This document shows positions 42,865 to 57,954 of a stretch of DNA of 64,000 nt, piece by piece. Under the pieces are notes generated by a model that was given only the letters and a program-made list of their open reading frames with translations, was not told the DNA's origin and made no database searches. Each line of letters opens with the position of its first letter. Position 1 is the first letter of the stretch. The translations under genes and the position numbers were made by a program. Source of the DNA: Chrysomallon squamiferum (Eukaryota > Animalia > Mollusca); assembly GCA_012295275.1 (NCBI GenBank), contig CM022665.1:7192001-7256000 (forward strand). Reading direction: 5' to 3'.

Positions 42865-45800
42865 TTATCTGGTGATGGTCTGCCTGTCTACAAGTTTTTT
42901 AAATATTCCATCAGGAATCTGCATGAGATTGTGGTAACTTCCTATCTCAGCAATGTGACCCTTGTCAATGACTGCGATCTGGTCAGCTGTTTTGATGGTG
43001 GAGAGACGATGTGCAATAGTTATCACTGTTCTGTTAACCATCAGACGTTCAAGAGCATCTTGAACTAGGTACTCACTCTCTGCATCCAGGGCACTATAAC
43101 AATAAGTCAGAGAAATTTACTTATCAGCTTTATAGAAATTTTATTGTGTAAGTAATCTGACTACTGTTACAGGTTAGTGACAGATAATGACTTTAACATA
43201 ACTGTCCTGAGTAAAATGTAACTATTAGTATTTTATATATTATTTTTATATGCTTATATTTAGCGACTTAATGCACCAGTACCTTTCAATCTGAAATACA
43301 GAAGCATACTTCAGTACTACTTTTAGTAATTAATATATATATATATATATATAATATATACCTGGTGGCTTCATCCAGAATCAAGATCTTTGGATTCTGT
43401 AAAAAACAAAAAATAAATTTAAAAAAATAAAAATAATAATAATAATGTTAACATTTTTATCTATTTCATTGTTATAAATTTCATCATTTTAACATACGGT
43501 TACTGTAACAACATAATTTTGTTATTTTTTTTTCATTTAGCCCAAATTTCGTGAATTTAACATACGGTTACTGTAACAACATAAATTTGTCTTTTTTTTT
43601 CGTTTAACCCAAATTTCTTAAACAAAATCTAAATAAAATTAACACAGAAATTCTATTAAAAATGGCCAACCGAATTTTACATGATAGAAAGAAAAGAAAA
43701 GTCACCTTTAAAATGGCTCTTGCTATTGCTATTCTTTGTCTCTGACCACCTGAAAAATAACATGACCTTCAGTGCTACTCTGATAAACTTTATATATACT
43801 GACTGAAGAAACTCTCCTTTCAGCCAACAAAATAAGCCAATATTTATAACTGAACAATGTTTTTTTACTAATGTCAGATTTTGATAAAGTCTGCTAACTG
43901 AAAAATATTATATAGATTATTTGGTATATATTATTTTCTGAAAATAACTCTATAACAATGTAATTTAAATATAAAACAATATTTATGACACTCAAATAGA
44001 GTCAGAGTCAAACAAAACACAGAAAGAAAAAAAAGAAAAAATTCCTACCTGACAAAAGAAGCCCTCTTTCTCCTACCAGTGTGTTAAATCCGTTTGGAAA
44101 TGCTTCCACAAATTCATAAGCATTGGCCTTCTTTGCTGCTTCAACAATCTGCTCAAATGTCACATTAGAAGGATCATGGGACCCATAAGCAATATTATCC
44201 TTTATGGAGCATGAAAACAGCACTGGTTCCTGAACAAAATAAACATTATCATTATTATTATTATTAGGTTATATGCACTCACAAAATAATGTATAAAAAT
44301 GTAATAATTTTATGAGAAACTCTACTGTTAAGAATGTTAAATCAGTTTCTTACACTCAAGTATTGATTTTTATAGTGAAGGAAATGGGGTTTTAGTATGT
44401 TATTTTATGTTGCTGATTTAATAACAGGATAGCTGGACCTGTAAAACAGCAAGTAAACATTCATGTTTGAAAATCTGATTAATACGGTTATCTGGGGAAC
44501 TGGCTGCTTGTAAAACAAGATTTTACTTTGATTCAGAAATACAGAAGAATCACTTGATTTCTTAAACCATCTACCTGTCTGTAATTATTTTGATTCAAAG
44601 ACTCTGAATGGATCAGAAGATCCATACAATTTATGTCTGGTAAGTAAAATGATGAAATAAATACCTGGCTGACAACACCTATTTGATTTCTCAACCAAGT
44701 TGGATTCAAATCAGCGATGTCTTGTTCATCAAGTATCACATTACCTGTGTCACGTATCAAATAAAATATGTATTTATCTTAGTAATTAAAACTTGAAAAA
44801 AAAAAAAAGTTATTTAAAAATGAAAGATGAAAACAGACATTCAGTAAAAGCATAATAAAAATGAATACTAATTTATAAGAGAACTACAAAATAAATTATA
44901 TTCATTTTAAGTAATATCTTCAGTTTCAAGTTACATTCTTTCTACCTGAATTGGGCTTTTGTGACATGAACAATGGCAATAGTTTATTAATGATACATTA
45001 TCTCTATATACAGTTAAAACTCAAAGGGTGCAATGAAGGGGAATAAATCTACAAACTTATTATGCCTCTGTTTGTTGTGTAAGGTCAGGGACTGCACATA
45101 TTATGTAACATAATTAAGGATAGTAATAGTACCATTTGTTGGATCATAGTATCTAAGTAACAATCCAGCAACTGTTGATTTCCCGGATCCACTTGACCCT
45201 ACAACTGCTGTGACTGATCCAGCAGGCACTGTGAGGTTGAGATTACGAAATATCATCACATCAGAACGAGTGGGGTAATAGAAGCTGACATTTCTAAACT
45301 CTGCATTTCCTTGAACTGGCTCAGAGGGTGAAATTCCATCTAAAATTATTAAAAATACATGATTGTTATAATTATTTTAGAAAGCACACAAACGTAATCA
45401 CCACTTTAGATTCTACTTTATTAGACTAGCTGAAGCAGCAGGATCTAAAATGATAATAGGTTGGGGTTTTTTTAATTTTTTTTAAACTAATAAAAATATT
45501 ACTAGTTTTTAATTGGTCAATATGGAGAGTATAAAATTTCAAAGTAACTGATAATGACTCAGGTAATGTTTTATTCATTCTAATATCGATATTATACTGA
45601 AATATTTTCATTTCTCTAATCTTCCAAAAACAACAGTATTGTCAAACATTTTACTGTTTTCATTATTATTAATTTGTTTTTTGGGGGGAGGGGGGTATAC
45701 CTGAGATAGGAATCTTTGGCTTCCTGTGAACCAATTCCCAAATTCTAGAACTGGCTCCTAATCCTCGCATAAGTTCTGTGTAAAATGAACTCAATCCTGG

Positions 45801-48800
45801 AAAAATAAAATTTTATGTCATAATTAAACATTTTCTTAGGGACATAAGAGGTTAAATCTGATAAGGACTGTGTAACAAAATAGTGATTAACATAATAGTT
45901 TTAAGATTTTAAGACAGATTATTTCTGGAAGTAATTACTAGTCTTCCTAAGCATATTCAGACACAATAAAATTAATATAACTGAATTTTTTTTAAATTAG
46001 ATTTTGTGCTTATAACACAGTATATATTATTTCTGTATATTTTGTTATATGCTCAAAATATATTTTATCAGTGTTACAAACAACTGAAATAAAGTGAAAT
46101 CAGTTGTGTTTCTTTCTTATTAACAAAGCATGTTTACAAAAAGAAAATAATTATTTGAAAGTATACAAAATAATTTTTTGTAATTTATTCCAACAACCAT
46201 GATAGCACTTCAGAATTTTTACATTTCCATGGTGATTTTATAAACTTCTGGCAACAGTCAGATATTTTTATTTTAATACGTAGCAATGTAGCATTTAACA
46301 ATATTTCATACCTCCAAATGAGATGCCTACATATGCAGCATACAGAAGGAAAGCAGAAAGTTCACCAACAGTTATCTGAGATTCAGTCATCATCACACCA
46401 CCATAATACAGAACTGACAGGACAATGACATTTCCTGACAAACCAGTCTGTAGAAGAAAACTAATCTAACAACAGTTATCTATTCCATCAAATAATTTAC
46501 TTACTTTTGTCCACCCATTAAATGAAAAATTAATATGTGACTCACTAACTGAATACAAAGACCAGATTTTAATTTAAACAAAGAATACGCTTACTTGTTG
46601 TAAGAGGACATAAATGATAGCAATGAACTGTCATACATTTATAAAAATCATTAATGGAAATATGCCAATTATATTAAAGGATTTGTTTTTCATAATATGA
46701 AACAGCTGTTGATTATACATGTTATTCAGGTATAAAATTAGAAATGTATTAATACATTACTGGCTTACCGATCCCCAAAATATTCCTCTTGCCAAAGCCT
46801 CCTGATAGGACAGTTTTAACACGTGTGTCACTTTTTCATTGTAAGATGAAATTTCTTTTTCCTCATGAGCAAATGCACGCACAGTTCTGACATTTCCAAT
46901 TCTTTCTTCTGCAAACTGAAATAAAATTTAAAAAAAAATCCTCATGATACTGTCCCTTTCTGTTTATTTACAGAAGTACCGAAAACACAGATCTGGGAAA
47001 GATTAATAATAATAACAACACAGATGGTTAATCGTATCTTCATTATCATATAAAATTTTCAAAAATTTCATTTATCAGCTGTGTATTATCTCCCTTTCAT
47101 TCCCACACAATCACAGTGTCTTACCTGTGTTGCATCAGCTAGTGAATCTTGAACTTTACGGGTTATTGACTTCACGTATCGTCCATAGACCACAGATACT
47201 ACAGCAATAGGAGGGACGATGGCCAAAGATATTGCTGCTAATTTTGGACAAACAAATATCTAAGAAAGAGAAAAATGAAAAAAAAAAAATGTAAAAAAGT
47301 CTTACTTGTATACTATAACCAAATATATAAATAAAACAACAATAATAATTTTAAGAACAGAAAAGGGGATAAAAATAATAATGATATATTTGATTATAAT
47401 CAAAATCTTAAACTTTCATTAATTAACATTCCTGAAAATTATTTTTGTTGTTATAATTTAGTTATTACAATACACACACATTACTTAAAACTACATCTTT
47501 AAGAAACACATATCGCAGAAATCATGTAATAATAATAATACATCTGAATTTATCTGAACACTAATTGTATAATTGACTGTCATATAATCAACTATTATGC
47601 AGGGGTTTTCTTTACTTATGTTAAAGGCAAGGTATGAATGAACATACAAGTCTGCACTGAGGTAATCAACAAACATGACACTAACAGGTTTTTAATCACC
47701 TTTCCTATCATTAAGAAGTTCTGTGTTAACACAGAAATGTTATTTTATTTACCATCATAGAGATACCGCCAACAGCTGATATAGTTGACCGCAACCCATC
47801 AGAAATGTTCATTGTTACAGACTGGCCAAGCAGGGAAGTGTCTGTGGATAATCTGTTTATGAGTTCTCCTGTTTTTGTTTTATCAAAAAAGGCTATCTCC
47901 TGTCTAATAATGGAACCAAACAAGTTCTCTCTCAGTCTTTTAACTATATTTTGTCCAGCTACTTGCATCAAGTATACACGTCCAAAATTTGCCACAGCTC
48001 CGACAATAAAGATGACCATTAGTGCTTTGCATACAGTAGCAAGATGCTCAACCATTTTGCCATCTTGTGAAGCCGAAGATATAATATCTATAACTTTTCC
48101 CATGCAAAATGGAATTGCAATTGTCACAGAACTTGAAATAAAAAGTAACGAAACAGCACCTAAAATATAAAACAATCAAATACAAATTAGTCAAGAAATG
48201 CCTGTTTTATCACAGCAAGAGTAAGCTGGTAAGTATAAAATGGTAAATGAATTACTTTTTATTTATTTATTTATTTATTATTATTACAGCCTCCTATATA
48301 AATTCCTGTCTGCAAAAATCATCTGTTCATAATGATGTCAGAATTTGTATGTATGTGTTTTTGAATGTATGTAAGTACTAAGGTATTTATGTGCATGTGA
48401 TGTGAATGTTTTTTTAACTGATCTAACACAAATTTATGAAACAAATAAAATGTATGCATTATTTTATTTGTTTATATATATATTATAATAATTATTTTAT
48501 TTTATTTTCTTTACTTTAACTGCTAATTCAACAGTGAATACCTGCTATCTTATATCGTTCAGGTTTAGCCAAAACGAAAAGTCGTTTGATATCCCAGACT
48601 TTTGGTGTGACTTTTGGAGTTACTGTTTTAGCTGCACCGGATTCTGGACTTAACTTAACGTTAAGATGTTCAACCTTTATACTGGAGTTTTGTTTTGTAC
48701 GTTTTACCACGCGAAAACTTCGATGTAATGAGAAATTTGCTGCGTATTTTTTACATAGGTTTAATTTTCTATGTGACCCTACAAATGGCCATGACAGGGT

Positions 48801-48935
48801 CAGTTCATTTTTACATGAGTGTCCGAAAGATCGCCAACGTGACACGGTCTGATGCACGACCGTGACCTTACGAACGTTGAGAAAACTAAAACGGCATGCA
48901 CCATCAATGCAGTGAAATAACTTTAGTCCTAACAT
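42865..48935 (-). CDS. ABCB10: Mitochondrial ABC half-transporter ABCB10, 12 exons, about 696 aa
   Basis: Exons: 48935-48542, 48159-47753, 47259-47125, 46915-46769, 46447-46312, 45796-45701, 45339-45133, 44744-44665, 44229-44049, 43749-43706, 43396-43362, 43093-42865; 2091 nt in frame. Long basic N-terminal presequence, [18 protein letters not shown], Walker [11 protein letters not shown]-loop VSQEP, LSGGQRQR signature, Walker B ILDEATSALD, IAHRLST. Confidence 0.95.
43488..43617. repeat. About 68-bp tandem duplication in ABCB10 intron 10
   Basis: TTTAACATACGGTTACTGTAACAACATAA...CCCAAATTTC occurs twice (AACATACGGT at 43491 and 43559). Confidence 0.85.
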
Positions 48936-50798
48936 AATGCATTTAGCGAAATACAGTCAGTTGATCTAAATTATATCCACAAAATGCATGTCACCACGTA
49001 AGCATGATACTCTACATCGAAGTATTAACTCTGTTAATATCCGGTTTTTCCCAACAGAATATTGCAACATGCAGTAGTCTCAATCATGTGATAGGATACT
49101 CTTACGGAAGTTCTTCTTTGTTGCGGTGGACCTAAAATGCGGATGTAATTTACATTTATTAAAACTTTTCTATCAATAACTTTGCTTTTACAGTTATATC
49201 AAATTTATTACTATATATTTTGCATTTAATTAATTAATTAATTAGTTTCATATCTTGTTTATGAAAATGAAATATAGTGACAGTTATTCAATTTTAATTT
49301 ATTTCTTATTCTGATATTGATTAACGAACTTTCACGAGGAAAGACGTTAAAATTAACTGAAATAGGTTAGATTATGAATTTTTTCTTTCTTTCTTTTTCA
49401 TTTTATTTCCTTTGAATCTAGCCAATTCCTATCAGCTCATTAAATACAACAAATTTTATTCACTCACCATTTTTGGAGATTTGTTTCCGATCGTATGGAA
49501 AATGTATTTATTATTATTATTTTTTAAATATTTGATATTTCTCACCTGTTTTTCTTAATATAGCATATGGTAGTCCAAAAGGGAGCTTTTAGTCTCCAAG
49601 AGAGTTTGCTCATAAGATAATTTGTGTTTCTATATTTTTTATTTGTGTATGACTGTATATATATTTGTATTTCTGTAAATTTGATGTGCATGTGTCTCTG
49701 TATTTCATATATTTATGGAACTAGTTTCATATTTATGTGACTGTTTTGCCTATCTGGTTCTGTGTGCATGTATTTGACTGATTTGATTTTGCACGTAAAC
49801 AAATAGTATTCCCCTAATTGTTGTTGGTTTTGACTTTCTTCACTGTTGCATGCATTTGTTTTTACGGGCAAACCTTGCGCTGGTTAACATTGAAAAATTG
49901 TTGTTACGGTCATTATCTGTTAAAATGCAACCAAGAAAAAAAAAAAAATAATAATAATAAAATTGAAGACAGTATCAATCGTCTCTATAACTAAGATCAA
50001 TTCAGAATTTGTTTTTCTAAATATCCAAACTTGTGAATAACCTTTCGTCATCTGTTTCGTTTACGTTCACATCTTCAAACTGCCGAAAATGGATCGTTTC
50101 TTTCATATTCCGCTGAGTTTGAAAACGCTTTTTGTTGCTACATTCCTGATCAGCTGAAGTACCATTTGAACATACAGACAAATAATTAGGATATATTTAT
50201 AAATTGAAATAAGCGTCATTTCAAAACGGTTCATTCTCGAGAGAAGTGCCTGCAGTAAGCATTAATTTGTTTCAGATTAAATAAGTGACTGTTAATACCC
50301 ATGTATGACGTAAAGAACAAGAGTTCGTCAGACTGAGTCGAGCCAGACTTTTTCACTGGGGTGATTCTGAAAACAGTTGTTATAAATTAATAGGGCGATA
50401 ATGTTTAAATGACTATCGAATATATGTATGTTTTTGTGTGTCTGTGTGTGTGTGTATGTATGTATGTATGTATGTATGTATGTATGTGTGGGTGTGGTAT
50501 CCTCAGACTACAAAGTATTTATATCTTAGTGTATATATAAATACAGTGACATCTCAACTACAGGCTAAACTTTAGCTTCCGTGAACATTTTTTTTCTTGA
50601 GATTTCATTCAAAGCAAAGATTCATCTCAACAAACAAAACATTAAGTTAGACGTAAAAAATATAATTCTGTATGCTTCACCAAAAGTACATATAGTAAAA
50701 TACTAACTGATATTAACAATTTACTAATAATACAGTAATTAAAAATAAAAAATAAAATTATTTACAAATGAAGTTCCTGTGATGTAGATTAGTAAAAC

Positions 50799-50858
<60 letters not shown>

Positions 50859-53800
50859 TAACATTATTATTAGGACAGTCCAAAAAGTAGCCGGTCACTT
50901 AGTACTGTAAAAGCTTTCATTTGAAAGCTTTCCTTTCCACGCTAGAGGAGAAACTGACAAAGAAGGCGGTTAGTTCCTTGGATCCATTTCATTGTTTTCG
51001 TCCTAATTTTTATAAAATTCATACTTCTATTTATTTAGTGTCATCATCTACACAGCAACCTGTCTGCCTTTTTCTGTGAAAGGAACGTGTCTGTTGTTGA
51101 TTGATATAGAGAGACGTGAATAATTTCCCATGTTTTTGCCAAGAAAATTGGTTGATATATAGCTGCCAGGATGAGGCACAACGCCCACCTTTGCATAGGG
51201 CGTTTCCGCCCTTCAGTATAAACATCTTGCCCCATAAAATTGCATAAGATATAGTGTATATCATATATCTTTCATAAACTGTGAAAACTGTTAAAACTAA
51301 TAATTATATGGACAATTATCATTTTAATTCTGTTACATGTTTACAATATCTAGATAATATCCCTTACTATAGGAATGTGCTAAAATCTGTATTTTGAAAA
51401 AGTTGAAGATAATGTTTTTACGTTTATACTCGTCAGTTATTTTTGTTATTTGTTATTATTAACTGTAGCAACACACACACTCACGCACACACACACACAA
51501 ATAATAATAATAATAATTTTTAAAAATAATAATAAAAGAAACACTATAATAATGTTATGAAGACTTTATTTGCAAAAGGACTTACAGATTAAGAATCATT
51601 TTTAAAGAAAACGCAGGCCCTTTTTCTTTATTAAACGCCTAAACCTAGGCCTTTTGCTCCATAGATTTGCGTAAATTACAGTGTATATAGACAGAAAGAC
51701 AGACAGACAGCTAGATAGGAGACAGACACACACAAAGAGAGAGAAAGATAGAGAGGGTGTTGTTTGCAGATAATAGTAGGAAGGATATATACACATCAAT
51801 ATAAGAACCACAGCAAATTAGACTGATGTTAGTTTCGTTAAATTTATTTTTTTTTTTTTTTCTTTATTATCTTTATCTTGAACAATCTGTGATATTTTGA
51901 AGTCTGGTTGAGCTTCAGTAATTTGCCTTTTTCTTTGAGTTGCCTCTGAGTTCGTTTGAAGGAGGAATCTAATATTTATTTCTTATCGTGTGGTTTTCCA
52001 CCCTGTCTGAATCATTTATACCTATTTCGTAAATATAACAGCAACGACAACAAAAATAAATATAAGGACTGTAACACCGAAGGCCTACTGGAGACTGTGA
52101 AAATACCATCACAGCATTTAAGCAGACGATGGTAATCTGAGCCACGACAAGAGGGCAGCTCGCTTGTACAAAGCTTCCCGTGTGTTTGTAAAAGCTTGTA
52201 GTGGGAGACTGGGTTTATTACAGCCAACTGGCTCGTGTGCGGAACACAATGTTTACAAACAAAACCGGTGTACGGAATATAAAAGTGTACATCTCTGTCC
52301 ATTGTAACCAGCACGTAGATACGTGTAAACACCAATTCCCTTCAGTGTAACTGATCGCATTGAAGAATCGGCGCTACATTCGCCATCGTAAAAGAATGTT
52401 CTAGTCAAACGTAGGAAAGAGTGCTAGATATTAATTTCAGCCATGGCTGTAAGGTATAGCCTATATAAAATAGAAAATATTGTAAAAATATTACAAAAGA
52501 TACTTATCTCCCTCTCCCTCTATCCATCTCCCTCCCTCTCTCTCTCTCTCTATATATATATAACTCATTATTGTTTAAATCAATTACTATTGTATATAAT
52601 ATAATATAAAACGTCGCAAGGTGCTTTAAAATGGTTTGACTTTCCGTGAAAACTATTATCTAAATTTAGACTGAAGATAATCTGGAAGCCTATTAGTTCT
52701 TTTTGATATTTTTTGATAAAACCTTAACTGCGAATTAAGTAGAAAATAGAAATTATGGTCCAGTGTTTTTTTTAATATTGTTGTTGTTACTGCTGCTTTA
52801 ATGGTCGTTGTTAATGTTTCCAAACCAATATGCTGATTTCAAATAATATCGTTTTATATAAAATGGACGAAATACTTTGAAAGAGAAAAAACAAAAATAG
52901 CAACAAAAAGACGTGCGGAGCAAAAGATAAAACCTTGTAGGCAACTCTTATCCACTAGCCCTAAGTGATTTTTTCCAGACACCTTTCCATAGACCAGAAA
53001 AAGGTCATTTAGCCTAATCAACATTTTTAACATGCTTACATCCAATAATGTATTTCTTGGAAACCAAGTTATCAGCACAATACAATGATACAGGAATAGT
53101 TAGAAAAAGGTCGTGGATTTTCATATTATCTGGGTGTTATGGCTAATTCCAGGTTACTATTGCAAAATCCACCAGTATGTACGTTTATTAACTCAGGATT
53201 GTCCAGACTATAACAACAAGTCAGTCTGACTATCCTAGCTTATTGTCTCGATGTCAGAATCAGAAATCTACCTTAATTAGACTCATTTGTTATAGCTGGT
53301 AATCACTAAAACGGTGACGCTAATTAACCTGACTTGGGTCATTGTAAAGTCTGTATTACTGTAATCTTGGTATTAATTACTGGAATTATAATATCATGCA
53401 TTGGTTTTTATTTAATCTTACTGTTCATTCCAGTCTGTAATTACTGAAATCTTAATGCTGTTTTTAATTAGATTAAAACAGCATTTATAAATATGCTGAT
53501 ACAGTTAACTAACATAAATAGATATATTCATGATTTTTTTTTAAGTTTCAACATAACCAACAATTTTATTTGGTTTTATCATATTTTTTTTTTTAATTTC
53601 TGTACGTTCTACATCTTTTTATTTACTTATAGTTGCTTGATAAACTGAATGAGTATGAGCTATGTAAGATTTCGTCTTCATCACAAGCAGGTGATACGAA
53701 ATTCACAGAGAATTCTGTCAATATATTCAGATCGTAATGTATTATTGTATTATGTATTCACCGTCATTGAGAAAGTCACGCTACAATGAACCATCTACTT

Positions 53801-54270
53801 TACATTCGCTATCATTACCGAGCCTTTAACTCCAACTCCTCGTGCATGAAGAAAAATTATTTAAACCAACAAAAAAAGAGCAAAGTTAATGTAGTACAAG
53901 CCACTAGCTTCAAAAAATGAACTCTGGGTAATTGTCGTTACTTGTACGGGGACAATAAAATGAACTCCTGACATCTTTTCTATTCAGAGAAGACCTTCTA
54001 TATCAAATTGCGATAATTCGTCAACGGCAAGAACGGGTGAAACGCGAGCCCAGTAACAAAATAAACTCTTTTTCTTTTTTTTCTTTTTAAACAGCTATGT
54101 AACTTTATAATTATTCTCTGAAACAGTGATGGATAGATTGTAAGAGTAAATGAAAACAAAATATTTTAATTTAATATATGTAGTTTGAAAGTATATTTTC
54201 TTTGTGATTATAATTTAGATATTTTTTTATATATTAAAAACCTGAAATAATTTTTAAAGAAGAAAATAAC

Positions 54271-54315
<45 letters not shown>

Positions 54316-55743
54316 TTAATTCCATAACTAGTTTCAGAATATTACAGACAAATAAATACACCTTTAAGGCACAATTGTTCTGAACCCACAATAGACAAGA
54401 CGATAAACCTAAAGTACAGTAATATATAGTTTTCAAAGGAAAGAAAGAAACAATAAAACAAATAAATAAATAAAAAAAAACCTCAGATCTAAAAAATTCC
54501 TCTTAATCTTGTATACTTTCGTTTGAAAAGAGAATTAACGACACAAATCTTTCATCCGTTCTCTTTTTCTGTCTTTCTTTTTTTTTTTTTCTCACAGTAA
54601 TTGTGAGTTATGGAGTGAGGATGAATTCAGGTTTTACAGCAGGCCATTAAAAGGTGTTACGTATCCTGTTTTGTCACTTCCATTGACTATCCAGCGCCGT
54701 TCGCTCTTTCCGTCTTCTTGCACCGCCGCTGGAGGCTGTCTCTAATGACAGATTGTCACGGTTAGTATTCGTACTTTCCTTCAGCAAGAACTGTGCGTAT
54801 TCAATGGCGACCCACCACCTACGGGGTGCCGGCTTCAGACCTAAATGATCAGCAATTTTCCCAGCGGAGACCAACGTTCAAAAGAAGCCCTATCAAATTC
54901 CCACATCCATTCAGAGATAGTGTTTTCCTTTCAGGACTCGCATCCTTCATTATATTTTTAAAGTCATGACATTGTTAACGACGTTGCATTGGCCCTTGTA
55001 TTATAGACTACAGCAAGACATTCTGTGCCATAATTATGAAACTTGGCGCTAAATCTACGTAGCTGAACGAAGGTGACTTTTCACGGGTTCATACAATTTT
55101 CGGGCGATAATGACACCTTTACAGAAATGACAAATTAATGGTCTTTAGTCCCACAAACAGAAACTTAGTTGACAACCTATAGTTTTGCCCAAGTTCGACT
55201 TTCTTTTTCTTTTTTTTAATCCAGAATTGTTTCATTTATTATTATTTTTGGGTTTTTGTTGTTAACATAGCAACTGTTCTAAATATAATTATAAAAAAAT
55301 ACAAATTATATTCTGAAGGGTTAATAATACTAATACTAATACGAATAATATTCTTATTTATAAGCCAAATGCTCTTGTAATGTATTCGTTTATTGAAAAC
55401 ATCATAAATGTTTGCATGTTTTTTGTTGTTTTTTATCATTCGTTCTTTTCATGTTTCTTATTTTTTATTATTATCATTATTTTGTTTTACTTTATTATTA
55501 TTATTATTTTTTTAATTTGACTGAATATATCATGTGAAATAACTAACATAATAGTGATTGGGAGTTTATAATTTTCATATGAAAACCTCTTTAATTATAA
55601 AAAAAAAAAAAAAAAAAAATAGGTCAGCAAAGATTTCAGTCCTTGAAAGAGAAAGCATTTGTCCAGCAAGATAATATAAAACAATATTTAAACACACAGA
55701 CACACACAAGCACGCGCAAACGCACACACACACACATACACGC

Positions 55744-55798
<55 letters not shown>

Positions 55799-56522
55799 AT
55801 ATAATATATATATAAATTTTGTTTTAAATAAATAAATTACAAAATAAAAATTCTGCTCAAAGTAAATATTTTTAACAAAGGAAACCAAAATTAGATGGAA
55901 GACGGAAGAAATAAAGATAATGAAAAGCATTCATTATATCGTCATTAACAACAGCTTGTGTAACTAAGAGAGTTAATAGAAGCTTCAAAAGTTTAAATAG
56001 TATTTTCTTTTGTTATTTTCAGCTGCGTTATCTCCCATGCGCGACTACAGCATTCACAGCAGACGACAAAACCATCGCACAATCGACCAGATGCATGTCA
56101 GTGGTACACACCGCAGTATCATCGGCCGATAGACCTCCAAGTGAACCTTAGTTTTAGTTTTTAAACCGTTGGTCGTCTTCACGTAGATATACACAACTGA
56201 TTTCATGTATTCTTATATTTCTTCAAAGAACCTACTTGTGGTCTTAAAAGCTTGAGCACTCCCGATTTGTGTTTAGTGAACTGAAAGGCTCAACACAGAG
56301 TTATCGGTGAAGCGTAATAGGTATAGCGTATCAGACGAGTTGGGCTGGCTGGCTGGCCCGTACGGCATAAACGAACCAGCTTATACTCGGAGAAGCAGCG
56401 GTGTCGTTCGCTCTCCGTGATCGCTGTGTTAAATAACGATTCGGGAATTTTAAAAAGTGAGGCCAGAAGATGTGTTATTTTTCAAAACTGGTGCTTATTC
56501 CAGCAGGCTGATATAAACAAGA

Positions 56523-57954
56523 ATGGATTCTTCGTTTATTCTGACAGGCAGCGCAGTGGCGGAACCTGTGTTTGAGGGAACCGTTCACACCGCCTCACTC
56601 GCGGTCTGCACTGTTTTAGTCTTGTTTGTTGTTGTTCTCGGATCTTTTGGCAATGGAATCATTATCTTGTCTCCACTGAAGTGCAAGAGAATGAGATCCA
56701 GTTTTGATTTGCTAATAGTAAATCTCGCTGGTACTGATTTTATCCTGTGTACCTGTCTCTCTCCAGTGTTTCTCTATTTATTATTCACGGACCCACCTGC
56801 ACCAAAATTATTTTGTGGAAGTTTCTTATTCCTTGGTACAGCATGTGGAATGCTGTCGTTGTTAACAATCGTCACTATTGCTTTGCACCGCCAAGCGCGT
56901 GTTGTTGGGAAAATTAAAAGCAGACTTACGCCCACAAAGACTGGAGTGATTCTGGGTACAGTTTGGCTTGCTGAGCCTGGGCACGGCATTAGGTGGTACT
57001 TTGCATGTCACTTCCAACTGGGATGATTCCTACCAAAACTGTCAGGTAATAATTAATAGTCCAAACTTAAGAACGCATAACTTTGTGTTGTTTTTTGTCT
57101 GTCCTATTGTGACAATTGCATGTGTTATTATAACGTTTTCATATACAGTCATAGGAAGAGCAGTTAGAAACCAAACGAAAATTATTCGTGTTAATGCTGT
57201 TTCCATTAACATATATAAAAGTTCTAGAAACAAAATTCCACTGGACCAAAAACTATTACCAGAAACAAAACAAAGAGATAAAACTAAGAAAGTGACAAAT
57301 ACAGGAGGACGCCAATGCCCATGTTGTAATGGTCAAGCTATTTTGGACAAAGAAAACAAAGCTGTAACAATGTGTCTTGTAGTTATTTTTACCATTCTTT
57401 TGTGTTGGACACCGCTGGTTATTTCACATTTTGTTGAACTTATCACTGGGGAATCAATTATTTTATATCAGGTGAAACTGTGTGGAATAGCTCTTGTGTT
57501 TTTAAACAGTGCTCTAGATCCGTATATTTACGGTCAGAATAACGGTCGGATGAAAAAGAAATATAGTCGTCTGTTACGGGATTTTATAAGATGTCAGTGT
57601 AAATCAGTGACAAAGTCACGTCGGTTCGCTGTTACTGGTAAACAGCAAGCTGCCAAGTTGAAGTCCAACTCGCAAAACGATCAAGATACTCGCACGCTCA
57701 ATTTAGCTTCGCCAAAACAAGTGCAGCGGTTTGTGGATAAACGAGGCAATATTCCCAAACAAAGGACGTATACATCCAATCTACTTTTATACCAGAGTAA
57801 TCGGGCTCTTGCGAGGAAGATTCCATATGGTGCTGCACTTAGGAAAGGAGGAAGTCAAGTTGGGGACATCGAAGGAGTGATGCATGACGTGAAAAGTTTT
57901 GTTCACAAGTCATGTTGTCATACGGGTATTCCCGACGATCAAAGTTTGATATAA
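56523..57954 (+). CDS. GPR75-like rhodopsin-class orphan GPCR, single coding exon, with an apparent 1-nt frameshift near 56967 (error or pseudogene)
   Basis: ORF 56523-57026 gives TM1-TM3 and half of TM4; ORF 56968-57954 gives the rest of TM4 to TM7 and the tail. Deleting C56967 in GTT TGG [C] TTG CTG AGC gives one 476-aa 7TM protein. HTASLAVCT..LGSFGN, IALHR in place of DRY, KENKAVTMC, ILYQVKLCG and ALDPYIY resemble vertebrate GPR75 as I recall it. Upstream acceptor at 56021-56022. Confidence 0.8.
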
